From Sphaerodactylus townsendi (Eukaryota), in NCBI RefSeq assembly GCF_021028975.2, contig NC_059434.1:23064001-23128000 (forward strand): 64,000 bases of DNA, read 5' to 3'. Under the pieces are notes generated by a model, which was not told the DNA's origin, made no database searches, and saw only the letters and a list, made by a program, of their open reading frames with translations. Below, one piece after another: positions 49,429-62,605 of this stretch (its first letter is position 1; each line of letters starts with the position of its first letter). The position numbers and the translations under genes are program-made.

Positions 49429-51461
49429 TATACATAACCCTGCTCCCCCACCTCTATCTGTTTGAAAATTTGAAAGTAAAAAATACATTTTGGCAGTTTA
49501 ATTATACAATGTTATACAACAAAATAATGGTTTTGACAAAGCCAGCACACAACAATGAATGATTATTCTCATATTCATTTGGGACTATATTCTAGTGTAG
49601 AAGCATACAGCTTTCTTGACCACTGCACCTCAACTGAACATACTAACTTCTTTTTCTGAGGCAGAGTCTAATGATACTTATATGCTAAACATCTATTATT
49701 TATGTCTTTATTTACTTAATTTACACCCTGTATTTTTCCCCAATGGGTACATCATTCTTCATTTTATCCTCACAACAAATTGTGAGGAAGGTTAGGCTGA
49801 GATCATGTGATTGGCCTAAAGTCACCCAGCAAGCTTCCATAGCAGAGATGATTAGCACCCGGATCTTATAGATTCTATTCTGATGCTCAAGCATCACTAT
49901 TCCACTATCATCATTTACCCCTAACACACTTTAGGCAGCTCATTATTGATCAGGAATAGCATGTACAGACATTGAGAACATGGGATAAGAACCATAGTAT
50001 AAACATGCTTATTAATGAAATTTTTTAAAGTACCTAGACAATAGTTATGTAAATGGACATTTATAATGCAGGAGCACCTTCTTAATTTACTTAAAATATC
50101 TATAATTAAGGGCGCTGGTAGTCCCTGTGCTTGTTCAACTCCCTAATTAAATTCCAATAACCAATTTCCTTCAGTCTTGCCTCCAGCTCTAATCATTAAC
50201 CACAGAGATCTGGTTACTTTGTTCAGACGTCTTGAAAGAAGTCTGTCTCCCCTCACACAGAGTGCTTACCACCCACTCTGTCTCTCAGGTTCAGGGTATA
50301 TGTAGGTCAGGCATTATTCTCATCACTGTTCTCGCCTCTTTTAAAATATAGGGCCTTTGTGCACCGTTTGTGGCGCAACTGTGTGCTTTGCAATGAGGGT
50401 TCCCTGCAGTTTCCTATTTGCAGGAGAAGCCTCCTGCTGCAAAGCATCCCTAATCAAGCCAATCTGCCATTTTGTCCGCCTTGCCTGCTTCCTCACAGCC
50501 CTCTTGTTGCTGCCTTTTTTTCTTTGTCTCCTGCCCTGAGTCCAGCATTGTTTTGTTGGGTTTAGGAGGTTACAGCAATAGATCTTGACTGTTAATGTTA
50601 GAAAATGTTTACAGAAAAGCCCTTCAGATTGCTCAGTAATGCAATAGTGTGGAGGAGTGAGAAAACTTGAAGAGAGAGTAAGACACACCATCTCCTTTGT
50701 TTGCCCTGCAAAGGCAGAGGTAAAAGTCACACTTTCCTTGCTTTTGAAAATGCGGGGATACTCTCATCTGTGGCATGGTGAGTTTGGGAGCAGGGAAATA
50801 TGTGCACAATTGAGAATCTGACCCAAAGGGTAACGTATGCTCACTGGCCATATACAGAGAGCCATGACCATTTCCCACCTCAGGTTCTCTCTCACCTGCA
50901 GAGGCATCAGCAGACTAGGTAGCCTTAGATTCCTTTATATATATATATAGGAACTTGTGTATTGGGTTTATTATTGGGTTTTGTATACCGCCCTACCCCC
51001 GAAGGGTTAAATGTGGGTTAAATGTGGGTTAAATAAAGCAAGAAGTTAACTTTTATTTGCAGTATGAACATAACACTGAAGAAAGGAAGGTAGAAATTAA
51101 AACATTTCTTTTCCATTGAACATTTGAACTGTGGTCCTATTCCTGCAACTAGAGTTTTTTGTGACAAACTAACTATTTTCAGTCAACTGTTGTTTATACT
51201 TTATCTATACATATAATAAACCCTACACAGGATTCGGTCTTTTTTCTGACAGTGTACTGCCAGTAGAGATAGATGAGTAGGAGTTGGTAGGTGAGCTCAT
51301 AGGGCATCTAGAATTAAAATGCATCTATGTAGATGATAGAGTCCAACATGATGCCAAAATGGAAGAGGTGCTGGATCAATTGAGGCAAAGGAAAGTCAAT
51401 AGGCTTTAATAACCGGTGTATAGTACCATCCCCAGAACCTTTATTCATAATGAAAAGCATG

Positions 51462-51790
51462 AGAGCCAGCATGGTGTATTTGTTAAGAGTGGTGGACTCT
51501 AATCTGGAGAACTGGGTTTGATTCCCCATTTCTTCATATGAGTGGCAGACTCTTATCTGGTGAGCTGGATTTGTTTCCCTGCTCCTACACATGAAGTTTG
51601 CTGGCTGACCATGGGCTAGTCATAGTTCTTTCAGAACTTTGATCTTTCAGATTGATCAATTTTCTCTCAGCCCCACTTGCTTCACAAGGTGTCTGTTGTG
51701 GGGGGAGGAAGGGAAGGAGTTTGTAAGCCGCTTTAAGACTCCTTACAGTTGGGAAAAACAAGGAGGTATAAATCCAAACTCCTCTTCTTT
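51462..51790 (+). mobile_element. Squam3-like SINE
   Basis: Same family as 30789. Confidence 0.72.
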
Positions 51791-51895
51791 TGTATCAGCT
51801 TCTGGTATTATATAGAAGGCATGGGGGGAGGGGACAGAGAGAGAATGTTAGGCCTTCCTTGTCACCTGTCTGGCTAGGAAGGATCCATGTAGACA

Positions 51896-52435
51896 TTTTT
51901 CTTTTTTTTAAATCTCTTTTAATTATTTTATCATTTACGAATACATATTAATTGGCGGACAATCTGACTTAAAGTGGTTCCAGTAATAACAGAATATGAT
52001 CTGCCACATGAATTACAATGTACGTAACATTTGCAAGTGATTTAAGACTCTAGTACATAAATACATTATGAAATATATACATACACACACTCACACACAC
52101 ACCTACATGGATACAAAATAATAATAAGTAATTTAATAATAATCTTAAGCTATGCAGATAACAATAGGATTCTATTTTGAGGATCAGGATTGTATAGATA
52201 ATGTAATAAAGGATCCCATACTTTATAAAAAGGATCAAGGCACTTTTTGTGTATTAAAGTTGTCAGTTTGTCCGCTGTTCTGTAATCTTGAACCTTTAAC
52301 AACCATTCGTCATAAGATGGCAATTCTTGTGTCTTCCAATATCTGGCTATCACTACTCTTGCTGCTGTCGTTAAATAATAAAGAAGTGTTTTGTGTCTTT
52401 GTAGAATAACATCATTAGAGTCCCAGATCGATAAA
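51896..52435 (-). mobile_element. L1/Tx1-type LINE 3' end
   Basis: IARYWKTQELPSYDEWLLKV...VWDPLLHYL resembles the ORF2 C-terminus of non-mammalian L1; A-rich tail. Confidence 0.7.
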
Positions 52436-53213
52436 AGGTCAGGTTTTTTTTTTCTTCATGTTTGCTTGAAGTACCCACAGCTTGCCCTTTGATCAGCTGT
52501 TCTGGTAGACAGTGGCCCTTTCCCCACTTACCCTTGTCGGAGGGTTGCTAAAAGACAATTCCTGGCGCCACTGTTTTCCCACCCAGTCGCTACTGGGTCA
52601 TCAAAAGGTGCCATTTGAAAAGGCGCCAGGAATTACACGCTGAGGGGGTGCTGAGAGGCAAGCATCGGGGCGGCCCATGCGTTCGCACCTCCAGTCCCTG
52701 AAGTGCCCGGGAGTGTTGCTGGACCCTCGCTCTTGGCACCTTTTAGGGAGAGAATTGCGTGGCCACTTAAGGTAAGTGGTGAGAACTGGTTGGATCTCAC
52801 CTCCGGTTGGAGCCCACTATCCAACTTCTTACTCGAGCTGTGCAGTACCTAAAATCTACCTTAAAACACTCCCTATAGTGGCTTTTTTATGTAGAAAGTT
52901 TTCCATGCAGATTGATCAATTTTCTCTGCAACATTACAGGTAATTTTTCTGCTGGCTAGCTCTAGGAATTTTGAAGGAAATTACTTAACTGTTCAGTTTT
53001 GCGTACCACTACACATTAATGGCTAATATTGCTGTAATTAATTTGGCCTTTGATCACTGTGAATCGGTTTATTCTACATGAAAAAGGGAATGATAATATA
53101 TTTTTATAATTGTAAATGGGCCTCGAGTGTCAGAAAATTATTTTGTTCAAGAGCCCACTGGGGCTGGAAAAGGTTCGCTTCCTGCTTCTCTGGAAGGAAG
53201 GAGTAGATGGGTC

Positions 53214-53605
53214 TAGAGGTGGGATCCAGCAGGTTCTCACAGGTTCCCGAGAGTAGGTTACTAATTATTTGTGTGTGCAGAGAGGGGGTTACTAATTGGT
53301 GATTTTGCCACGTGATTTTTACCTTAGTTACTCCCCTCCTCTCAGCAGTAGCGCACAGAATTTGAAGCAGTCTAGCAGGAGGTGCACCGGCGTGCATGGC
53401 AGTCTGCGCTGCATGCATTCGTTTCCCGCCCAAGGACTGGCGCAGCGGCTGCGTCCTTGCCACAGCCCCGCCCAGGAATGCCCCGCTCCTGGAATGCCCA
53501 GCCACCACCCCCCATCATGCCCCGCCCAGCCCCATTGGAGCTACGCCACAGTTTGAATCCCACCACCATGGAACCTGTTACTAAAATTTTTGGATCCCAC
53601 CACTG
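53214..53605 (+). mobile_element. Non-autonomous hAT element (family of 42024)
   Basis: Colinear with 42024-42415; exact 8-bp TSD GATGGGTC. Confidence 0.9.
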
Positions 53606-53639
53606 GATGGGTCTGAAGAGAAAGTACAGTCTAAATTAA

Positions 53640-53775
53640 GGGTGTACAACTTATGGCCCTCCAGATGTTCATGGACTATGATTCCCATAAATTCTGCCAA
53701 TTGTCCATGCTGGCAGGTGCTGATGGGAATTATGGTCCATTAACTTCTGGAGAGCCACAGGTTGGAGACTCCTGG
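53640..53775. mobile_element. Diverged palindromic hAT MITE
   Basis: CTCCAGATGTTCATGGACTATGATTCCCA...TGGGAATTATGGTCCAT. Confidence 0.65.
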
Positions 53776-55059
53776 TCTAAATGCTGGGGAGGGGGAGAAG
53801 CAGAAGACTCTTCTTAGAGTGACCTGAAGGATGAAGGAAGACCCACAGAATCTCTCTCTAACCAGAGACCTGATGTGGGGTAGTGAATCAGGTCCCCCAT
53901 AGGAGTGCCTCTTTCCCTCCATTTGTATTCTACCTACAAATTTGTAAATAAAGCAAATAATATATATAAATACCATAAATTGTTAGTGTTATTTTCTCTT
54001 AAGGGAATCAGCCTGGATAGGAGCAGGACCTGAAACTGCTTAGCTTTCAAACTGGGATGTGCATAACAATATGTTGACAACTATCACATGGGTTATTAAA
54101 AACAACTATAGACAGCATAATCTTTTGATGGCTTGGGTACCTCACATGATTTTCCAGAATAACCCATTGGTCTAGAACTGATGCAGTCACAGCCCTTCTT
54201 CATAGCAGGATGTAGAATGAAAGCCTTCATAGAAGTCTATTTACAGCAAACTGGTAAGGCCACCTTAGAATTTCTTATCTCCTGAATATTAAAATGCTAG
54301 CATGAGCTGTATAATCTTGAAATCGCAAAGCAAACATGAAGCAGTTAGCACTAGCTGGGATAATGTGAGACATATTTAACAGAGAACTAAGTGAAGGGTC
54401 ATTATACTGGCAGGATAAAAGAAAAAAAATAAGGCAAGTTAAGTATGCCAGAAGTCAACCAAAGCAACTCAGACATGAAAAACTGTGGAAAATTTACTTC
54501 ATTTCTAAATTACATTTATTTACATTTTTTTTCTGACAAGGGATAGGCCAGAAATATTGCAATGCACATTAACTGGATTCAGACAGACTTTTCTCTCTAT
54601 CTCAGGTACTTCCCCATCCCAGATGGTTTTTGTCCAAGGAAGTCCCATTATCCCCAGCATAGATTTTTTGGTGGTCAGAGAGGATTCCTTCCTCCCTTTT
54701 TCACCATTAGAAAAGCCTGGTCGGATTCTATCACAATGCCTGACTCCTTGGCACTCAACTCACATCCTTTTACCTGTTGCAGTTGGCTTGATCCCTGAGC
54801 TAAATCGCTGAGGAGCAGGATTTGTGGAGTAAACTTTGTAGAGCCTGCGCTTCGTCCATTCAAACTGGGATCAAAACCTGGCTAGTGACCTCAACGGCCA
54901 CCACAGTAGTTCCCAAAAATGAAATGTTTCCAGTATAATACTGAAAGATGGTCTCTGGTCCATCTCAGCCTAAGGTTTGTGAATCCATGTCAGAGCAAAT
55001 TGGACACAGTCTTCCTGGCCACTCACCCGCACCTTCTGGGTTTCCCTCTCTACTAGAGA

Positions 55060-56482
55060 TGGAGCCAGAACTATCAGTAGCTTTGTATGATTTAGCAGTT
55101 TGTGGACTTATGTGGGTTGGAGTTGTTGTCTTGCTCGAGGCCGGGTCTCAAGAATCTGCTTCTCCAATGCAATGACTATTGTTCAGTGAACAGGTTGTGC
55201 ATTAACCCTACTCAGTCTAAGGTTGTGGTATTCTCTAAAATCTTCAGACCTGTGAGGTGGTCCATTCAGGGAGCCGTCATTGAACAAGCAAAACTTTTTA
55301 AATATCTATATTCCCACCTAGATACATGACTGCTGGCTTATCAGCTCCCCGCCAGCATGACCACTGGCCGCTAGTAGGCTGATGGGAATTGTAGTCCATA
55401 AATCTGGAGTGCCAAAGGTTCGCCAACACGGAAGGGGTAGTTTTTAATTATAAGCTAAGTTGGTCCACTCATAGAGATATTGCTTTGAAGAGCTGCAAAA
55501 ACCTGACTGCTGCCATTCAGAAGTTTTTTAACTGCAACGGTGGTAAGTGCATCCCGGCAGGGCTGAAAGTATTTAATGCAAAGATAGTGCAGAACCTTCT
55601 GTACGGTGTCCCCATTTGGATCCGTGCCTGGAAGCCAACTATAGAATGGATTCAATCTAACTTCCTATACAAGATCTTTGGTGTCCCCCATTGCATTCCA
55701 TACACAGTTTTATGTTTAGAATCGGAGCAACACCTGCTGGAATCACGGACATGGGTTGCAACCTTCAAATTTTGGGTCTGCCTTTGTTTTCATACAGACT
55801 CATGTAGTTTATCTCAGCTAGCAACGCAGGAACTTCAGCGCTCGAATTGGTGGCTTCACATTGAAGCCAAAGTCCTTTCTCTGGGTTTTACCTGGGAGTC
55901 TTTACTAATGCTTACTGCTCCTGAGTTATTTCACCAACTAAAAGCTAGACTATTTGAACAGGAATACCAATTTCTTTTAAGTGAAGCACAGAGCTCTTGT
56001 TCTCCATTATTTTTTGGAATTACTCCCCAGAAATCCTACCCTGCTACTTACCTGAGCCAACTGGTAAATTATAAACTTAGATGGGTTATGACCAGAGCAA
56101 GATGTAACTCCTTTCCCTCAGCTTTTCTCCAAGGTCGTTTTTCGAATATTGCTCATCTTGAGCGAGGCTGTCTGTTCTGTCTCCATATGCCTGACTCGCC
56201 TGCTCATGTCTTGCTCCACTGCCCTAAACATAATAATTTTAGATCTGACCCGATTGCATTATTTCCTACAGGATTTGCATCTCTTCCAGACAAAATAAAA
56301 ATGATTAAGTTACTGGATAATCCTGAGGTAGAAATATTCGAAGCTGTAGCCACATTCTTAATACGTGTTTTGCATGCCTTGTATTAATGTTCTTTTAACT
56401 GTAACTTTATTTAGTTTTAACTGTTTGGGGGGGGGTTTCCCCCCTCTAATGCCTATTAAAGGTTTCTGAAATCTGAAATCTG
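55060..56482 (+). mobile_element. 5'-truncated non-LTR retrotransposon (RTE-X/L2-group-like): RT C-terminal part and CCHC knuckle
   Basis: INPTQSKVVVF, FKYL/GVVF (split by an insertion), LLYGVPIW, CLFC-x8-H-x4-C. ORF open to 56387; ATTAAA then (TCTGAAA)n tail. Confidence 0.8.
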
Positions 56483-57199
56483 GAGTTGTTTCTGCAAGGA
56501 ATTCTTTTCTCCCAAGGATCAAACGTTTTGGTTTTTAAAGGAGCTTTATTGCACTAAACATCAAATTAAGTGGAAAGAACAGATAGTTAGTATTTTACAT
56601 CTAAGGAAAATATAGTGGGTCTCAGAAGCTGACACCTGTCTCCAGCTTGACTGACTCACTCATGTAGGGAAGGCGGCCAGGACCCAGCAGCAGGGAGAGG
56701 TATAGTCGGAAGGCAAAGCTGAGACTAGATGCTGGGATGGGAGAAGCTAAGAGGCAGTCAGTAGAAAGGGCAAGGCAGGGAGACAGGCAGTAGGGAGAAA
56801 GGACAGGTAAGGCTTCTCTTCTTTTGACAGCATCCCAAGTGGAAGGAGATTTGGATACAGGCTAGGTGTGGCTAGGTCTTGGTGATCCCATAAAAGGTAA
56901 GGCATCACACCCAGCCTTGGAGAAGTAGGCTGAACTCTTAGAGGGAGAGAGAAAACTAGACTGAGCTAGTCCAGGGAATGGAGAAGATCAGAGTGCCAGA
57001 ACTCTTTTGCCTTCCCAGTTCTGAAGCTGGGGTGGGGACCTCCTTTTCGCTTCCCTTTTGTCTAGGGAAACCATAGAGGGCAGGAAGGCTTCCATGCAGA
57101 TAGGACAGCTTTACAGTGTAATTTACTTAAAAAAAGATTTTAAAAGTTCTAGCACCCGGTGGGATTAGAAAAAAAGAATATTTAATAGTTCTAGTACCC

Positions 57200-57395
57200 T
57201 GATCTAGATGGTCCAGGCTAGTCTGAGCTTGTCAGAAGCTAAGCAGGGTCGGTCCTGGCTAGTATTTGAATGGGGGACCACAAAAGAATACCAAAGTTGA
57301 TATATAGAGGAAGGCAATGACAAATCTCTGCTAGTTTCTTGTCTTGAAAACTCTACTGGGTGACCATAAGTTGGCAGCAACTTGATAGCGCTTTA
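57200..57395 (+). mobile_element. 5S rRNA-derived SINE-like element
   Basis: GAAGCTAAGCAGGGTCGGTCCTGGCTAGTATTTGAATGGGGGACC resembles the 5S internal control region; followed by an RTE/BovB-like tail GAGGAAGGCAATG...TGAAAAC. Confidence 0.6.
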
Positions 57396-57414
57396 TTCAT
57401 ACAAAGTTAACTTA

Positions 57415-57933
57415 GGGCGATTCCGCACACGAGTAAAATAGATTCGACCCAGTTCCCTGAGAAGGGTACTAACCTAGGTCGAAGCCATTGTTGTTCCCCA
57501 CTGCAACCAGCTTGATCCCAGCTCGGAGGGCGGAATCATCCTGTGCCTCTTCGCCGCTCCGTTCTGATTGGCTACTGTTCTACGGCCATGTTCCGTCTAT
57601 CCCCACACACATTATTAAAAAAACTGCCACAGGAGTGGAGGGACGAAGGTGCCGTTTTTTGATTGGCCAGCTGTACGCATGCTCAAAACACTTAGCTGTG
57701 ATTGGCTGAATGGGGGACTCCTGGCAGCAGAGATTCCGCACTTTACTGGAATTGAGCTGAGTTCGAGCGTGGTTCCCTGAAAAAGTAGTAGTTCCCAACT
57801 GGAGTCGGAAATTTGACTGTTACACGGGGCGAAACTGATACAAAACCACGTCAATCCCAGTGGTTGTGCGGAGCACTTAGGTCGAACGAACGCAGCTCGA
57901 ACTTAGGTTGATAACCCAAGTGCGTAATCGACC
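57415..57933. mobile_element. Non-autonomous PIF/Harbinger element
   Basis: 14-bp TIRs GGGCGATTCCGCAC / GTGCGTAATCGACC, TTA TSD on both sides, CpG-rich interior. Confidence 0.8.
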
Positions 57934-58866
57934 TTACAGTGTACTAAAAGAACCTTGTCTGCCTTAGGTAGAGGGATGAGTCTCTGAATAAGCTTACTGA
58001 GGTTCATTTTCTTGAGGTTCCAGGACTGGGCAAAGGCTAGATCTGTCTGGCTTGTTAAGAGTTCAGAACTCATCAAGAAAGATTTAAACATTTAGGCAAA
58101 GAGAAGGCTAAAGAGATTATTATCTGACCAGAAACAGATTTATTAAATATTGGAACAGTATCAAGCCAAAGGAATCAGTGCAGTCCTGGGCATTAGCAGT
58201 TTGAGACTTCTACTTTAATTCAGAGATACGGACATTAGTGTAAGGATGTTTTTCTACTTGTTCTGATACGTGGATTCTGTAACAGAAAGATGGATGTAAC
58301 ATGTTATTAAAAACATTATTTCAAAAATAAAATAAGTTAAATGCTTTGTGTCATACTTGCTTAAACAGAGACTTGGATTTCCTTACTACAATCTCCAATA
58401 GCTCTACAGGATCTGGGGTTCCCATTTCCTGATTGGGAAATTCTTGTAGAGCTATTGAAGATCTAGGGGCGGATGGAAGGGGGCCCTGTGGGGGAACTGA
58501 TCTCTTTACATTGAAGATCAGTTTGTAATTCCTGTAGATCTCCAGGTCCAACTAGTATCTGTTAATTTTCAGTTAAACGTTAAGACTATTTTTTCCTGAG
58601 CAGTTATTTACCCGATTTATTATACCTAATTATTTCGTTCTGTTTGAATTTCCGATCTACTTGATCATATGTAAATGCTGACTTTGTTGATTTATGATGG
58701 GATTCACACTTACACTTTTCATCTTAACTCCTCCCTTTCCCTCTTACACTGATAATTTACCTTGGAAAGATTCATGCCAGACTTCACGCCACACTTGCCT
58801 GCTTCAACTCCCCCACACTGTAATTTTTCCTATAAGAAGAATTCCAAGTATGATATCCCACCTCAC

Positions 58867-58906
58867 ATGTCTGAAGAAGTGAACCGTGACTCATGAAAGC
58901 TTATAT
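58867..58906 (+). ncRNA. Minimal hammerhead-like motif at a Penelope-type end
   Basis: AUGU-CUGAAGA-A-GUGA(accgugac)UCAU-GAAAG-CUU-AUAU; palindromic AAGCUU stem III. Confidence 0.55.
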
Positions 58907-60339
58907 TGAAAGTAAATATTATTAGTCTTTAAAGTGTAACTGTCCTTTTGTTTTAGATTGCAAAATTGCCCACAATCAAAATGTTTTGTTCTTGAGCAAG
59001 ATTTTTTTTTTGTTACAACTCGTTGGATGAATCTAGTAATACTGGTTTTATTCTCTACCCATTCGATATTTTTTGTTGATTCATAATTAGATGAAATCAG
59101 TTGGTCATCATAAATTAGAAAATTGTTGTTGCAATATTAGGCCACACCCTGTTTCTGTTGAGATTGTTAATGCTGGCGTTATCTCACAGGAGTATTGAAG
59201 AAGGAGGCATTCTAATTAAAGTTGATTGAAGGATCCATCAAGTATAATGACTTTCAGGTATGTCCCAGCCCTATACCTCCATCGTTGCACTGTTATAAGT
59301 ATGCAAAGGTGTATTTCCAATTATAAATACATGCAATTGCTGCAAGATGGCAGCAAGCAGCCATGTAAGATATAGGCCTTGTTGTCTCAGAGCCAGCTGC
59401 AAATTGCATTCAGCAATACATTTAAATGTTATTAGAGGAAGAAATGGGGCTCACGTGCAACATGTAAAATGGTTCAGAATGCATGAATAAGCAGGCAAGA
59501 TATTAGTAAGGAAGAGAACTTTTAATGCACAGCGATTACAGAGTATGTTGCACTGAATTTATGGAGACTTTTGCAAAAAAAAGAAAATTCAAGAGTGTAG
59601 GGTGTTTTTGAAATCCACATACAACATAAAAGATTTCACAGAAAATAAGTGCTGGCAGGAATGGCCTGATGACCGTGAGAAGTTTCGGGGATCTGCGAGC
59701 TGTTTATCCATAGCAATGGCATAAGTTGGGCAACTGACATATGAGACCAGGGCCCTGTCAGATTAGACCTGGGCCCTATGGGACTTGTTGCACTTCTGCA
59801 GGGCCTGTAAGACGGACATGCTCCACCAGGCCTATAGTTGAGGCAGCAACAATTTACCATCCTGCGGCCTCCTTCCCTCCTACCCCTCTTCCTCTCCTCT
59901 ATTTCTTGTTTATGATGGCAGAAAACTTATTGTTGTTTTAACTTCTGAGAGTTTTTAACTGTCATCTGGATTATTTTATAGATGGATACAGATTACTGGA
60001 TATGATGTGTCTTATTTTATTCTATTTATTACATGTTGGAAGCTATCCTGAACCTGCAAGACGAAGAACAGCCTTCAAATTGAATAAAGTAAATAAACAA
60101 AATGTGCTTGTAAGCACATCCTACCTCCTAAACACTTTTTGAAAACAGTTGACAGTGTGACCTCCTAAACTTTATAAATTACTAATACAGTTTTGGTGGT
60201 GAACAGTACCATCAAGCCACAGCTAATTTTATTTCGGTCCGGCCACCACCAGTTTAACCCCACGGCGGCGTCCAGCAAAACGAACGTTCCACAACAAATG
60301 AGCCAAACGCCAACAGGCGTAAAACGCTTTTCCCGTCCA

Positions 60340-60565
60340 TTAAATCCCAGGAGAACGAGTTCAGATAATGCCGCAGTCCAGACGCCGCCAGAGGCCTGCC
60401 CAGCGCCCAGCAAAGCCAGCTGGGCACCATCAGCGGTTGACTCTCCAAAGGCCCGGGCGAACAGTTCGCCTTGCAGGCCCCCCCTGCGATCCTCACCATG
60501 TCCCGCCAAGAGGGCCCGAACAGCTGGTGGGAGAGCGTTCCACCAGGCCGGGGCCAGGGCTGTAA
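60340..60565 (-). mobile_element. L2-like ORF2 C-terminal fragment
   Basis: TALAPAWWNALPPAVRAL...ELFARAF. Confidence 0.65.
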
Positions 60566-60579
60566 AGTCCCATAGGGCC

Positions 60580-61229
60580 CAATTTATGGTGATCCCAAAG
60601 GGTTTTAGAAGCAAGAGGTGTTTGGGTGGTTTGCCATTATGGCCTGCGAGAGTTCTGAGAACTGTAACTTTTTCAAGGTCACCCAGCAGGTTTCATGCGG
60701 AGGAGTGCTATAAACACTTTCATTTACTCATCAGAGCAGGGTCTGGAGAAACCAATAATTGAACCCAGTGATCAGAATGTTAATCAACTTTATTAATAAA
60801 GGTTGCAGGGCAGGGTGGTATTCCCTGTTCTACTTAAAGCAGCATGGAAATTACAGTAGTTTATATTTCCCTTATCTCCCGTGACACAACGATCCCTCTC
60901 CGTTCCCCCATCGGCTAAGGGTAATCCGATTTGCCCATTACACATTAAACATATCAAACATTACATAAACATATCAAAGCCCCTTCCCGTAACAAGCCCC
61001 CCTACTCCCCCGATTCCCATGATCATTACCAAAGCCCTTTATTACTTATTTTTGCGGTGAGTTTAAGCAAACTAGTTTCTTCATAAAAGAATATCTGCCT
61101 GCATCCGTACTTCTGCGAAATTGCTAAAGATTCTTGAGCAAATGTTTCTACATACCTTAAGCAAAACTCCTTATGCCAGCTCTTTGCAAGTGTTTAAGTC
61201 TGTTAAAAACATCTTAACCCCTTCATAAC
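60580..61229 (-). mobile_element. Probable solo LTR
   Basis: Minus strand starts TGTTATGAAGGGG, has AATAAA near 60790 and ends ATCACCATAAA like the 47180 element. Confidence 0.45.
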
Positions 61230-62050
61230 AGGAGTGAGGAATCCAACCTGGTTCTCCAGATGGACAGTAGCTGAGCTTTATCTGTGAAACCTAACACAAA
61301 GCCTTTAAACTTACAGGAACGAAGAAGGGAAGAAAAGCTCTACAACCTGACAAATCTACAGACTCGGAGAAGCAAACCAACACTCCCAAAGACGAGTTTT
61401 AAAGTCAAATGAATGAGGTTGTAAATGTATGTGGATTTGGAAGAAACAAGTTGGCAGCTTGTCTTGAGCATCAGTGTAAAGGAGGTGAATGGCCTGAGGA
61501 GTCCCATTAATGTTTTCCAGAACCTGTGCCAAAATGCCTGCATTTTGCTTCCTTAACTGACATAGCATCTCCCTCCTTTGACACTAGATGTTGCTCTTGG
61601 GCTCAGGTGCTTTTTGGTCAGGCCCACAAGGAAGCAATTTTAGAATAGGTGTGGACTGCCAAGGACAGGTGTTCCCTTGAGCATTAAAGTCTAGTTTGCA
61701 AGAGACATGACATGGATTACAGCAAACACAAAAATCCATTTTAGAAGAAAGCAATTTCTTGGCTCCTCTGGACTAGTTTAATAATTTCTGGCTAGCAAAA
61801 AGAACTCAACGGTGAAACAATGGTTTTCCTCTGGAAAGAAATCCTGACAGAAACTTTCATAGGTATGTAACATTTTCAATATGTGCAGCATATTTAAATT
61901 CTGTGAAGTAATGATTGCAAATAGTTCATTTCAAATTGTTTTGTTGTGATATCTGTGAACATAATTTGGCACTTCAGATAGAGATTAGTGTTTAAGGGTG
62001 TCCCTGTGTTGGTAAATATATTTGTAGTACGTAATAAACGATTGCTTTTA

Positions 62051-62605
62051 CAGAGGTGGGATCCAGCAGGTTCTCACCAGTTCCCAAGAGTGGGTTACTA
62101 ATTATTTGTGTGTGCCGAGAGGGGGTTACTAATTGGGTCTGCTTTTCCATTAGAAATTCCATTAGGTCCAAAAATCATAAAGTCCTGTTGTTTCCTATGT
62201 GGCTGGTTAGCGAAGGTAGAAAACTGGATAATTCTCCCTGTTAGGCTGTTTTAAAAACATGTTTTAGAAATATAGTAAAGTTCCTTGTTTAAGGAAAGTA
62301 TCCTTCTTTTGATTCCTAGAAACAAAATTAAGTATTTGACAGGCAGTCAATTAGAGGAGAAGTAGTTGTTTCTGTTGACAGTAGACGATAGGACTTGCTA
62401 TAATGAGTTTAAATTATGGACAGAAAGATACCAGCTGGAAATTAGGATCTTTTTTTTTACAGTAACTGAGACATTATTAATGCCACCCCCCGGAATGCCC
62501 GGCCACGCCCCCGTTGTGCCCCGCACAGCCCCATTGGCGCTACGCCACTGTTTGAATCCCACCACCATGGGAACCTGTTACTAAAATTTTTGGATCCCAC
62601 CACTG
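62051..62605 (+). mobile_element. Non-autonomous hAT element, long variant with different interior
   Basis: Same TIRs and subterminal arms as 42024 and 53214, but an AT-rich interior of about 345 bp; TSD imperfect (CTTTTA shared). Confidence 0.85.

Noticed and set aside
50341-50730. 129-aa minus-strand ORF with a basic stretch
   Set aside because: No recognisable domain, no ATG start and no convincing splice partners.
57200-57300. 5S rRNA gene
   Set aside because: Truncated, box C mutated and fused to a retroposon tail; a SINE-like derivative rather than a functional 5S gene.
60193-60762. 189-aa plus-strand ORF
   Set aside because: Antisense read-through of a GC-rich L2-like fragment and adjacent LTR-like sequence.
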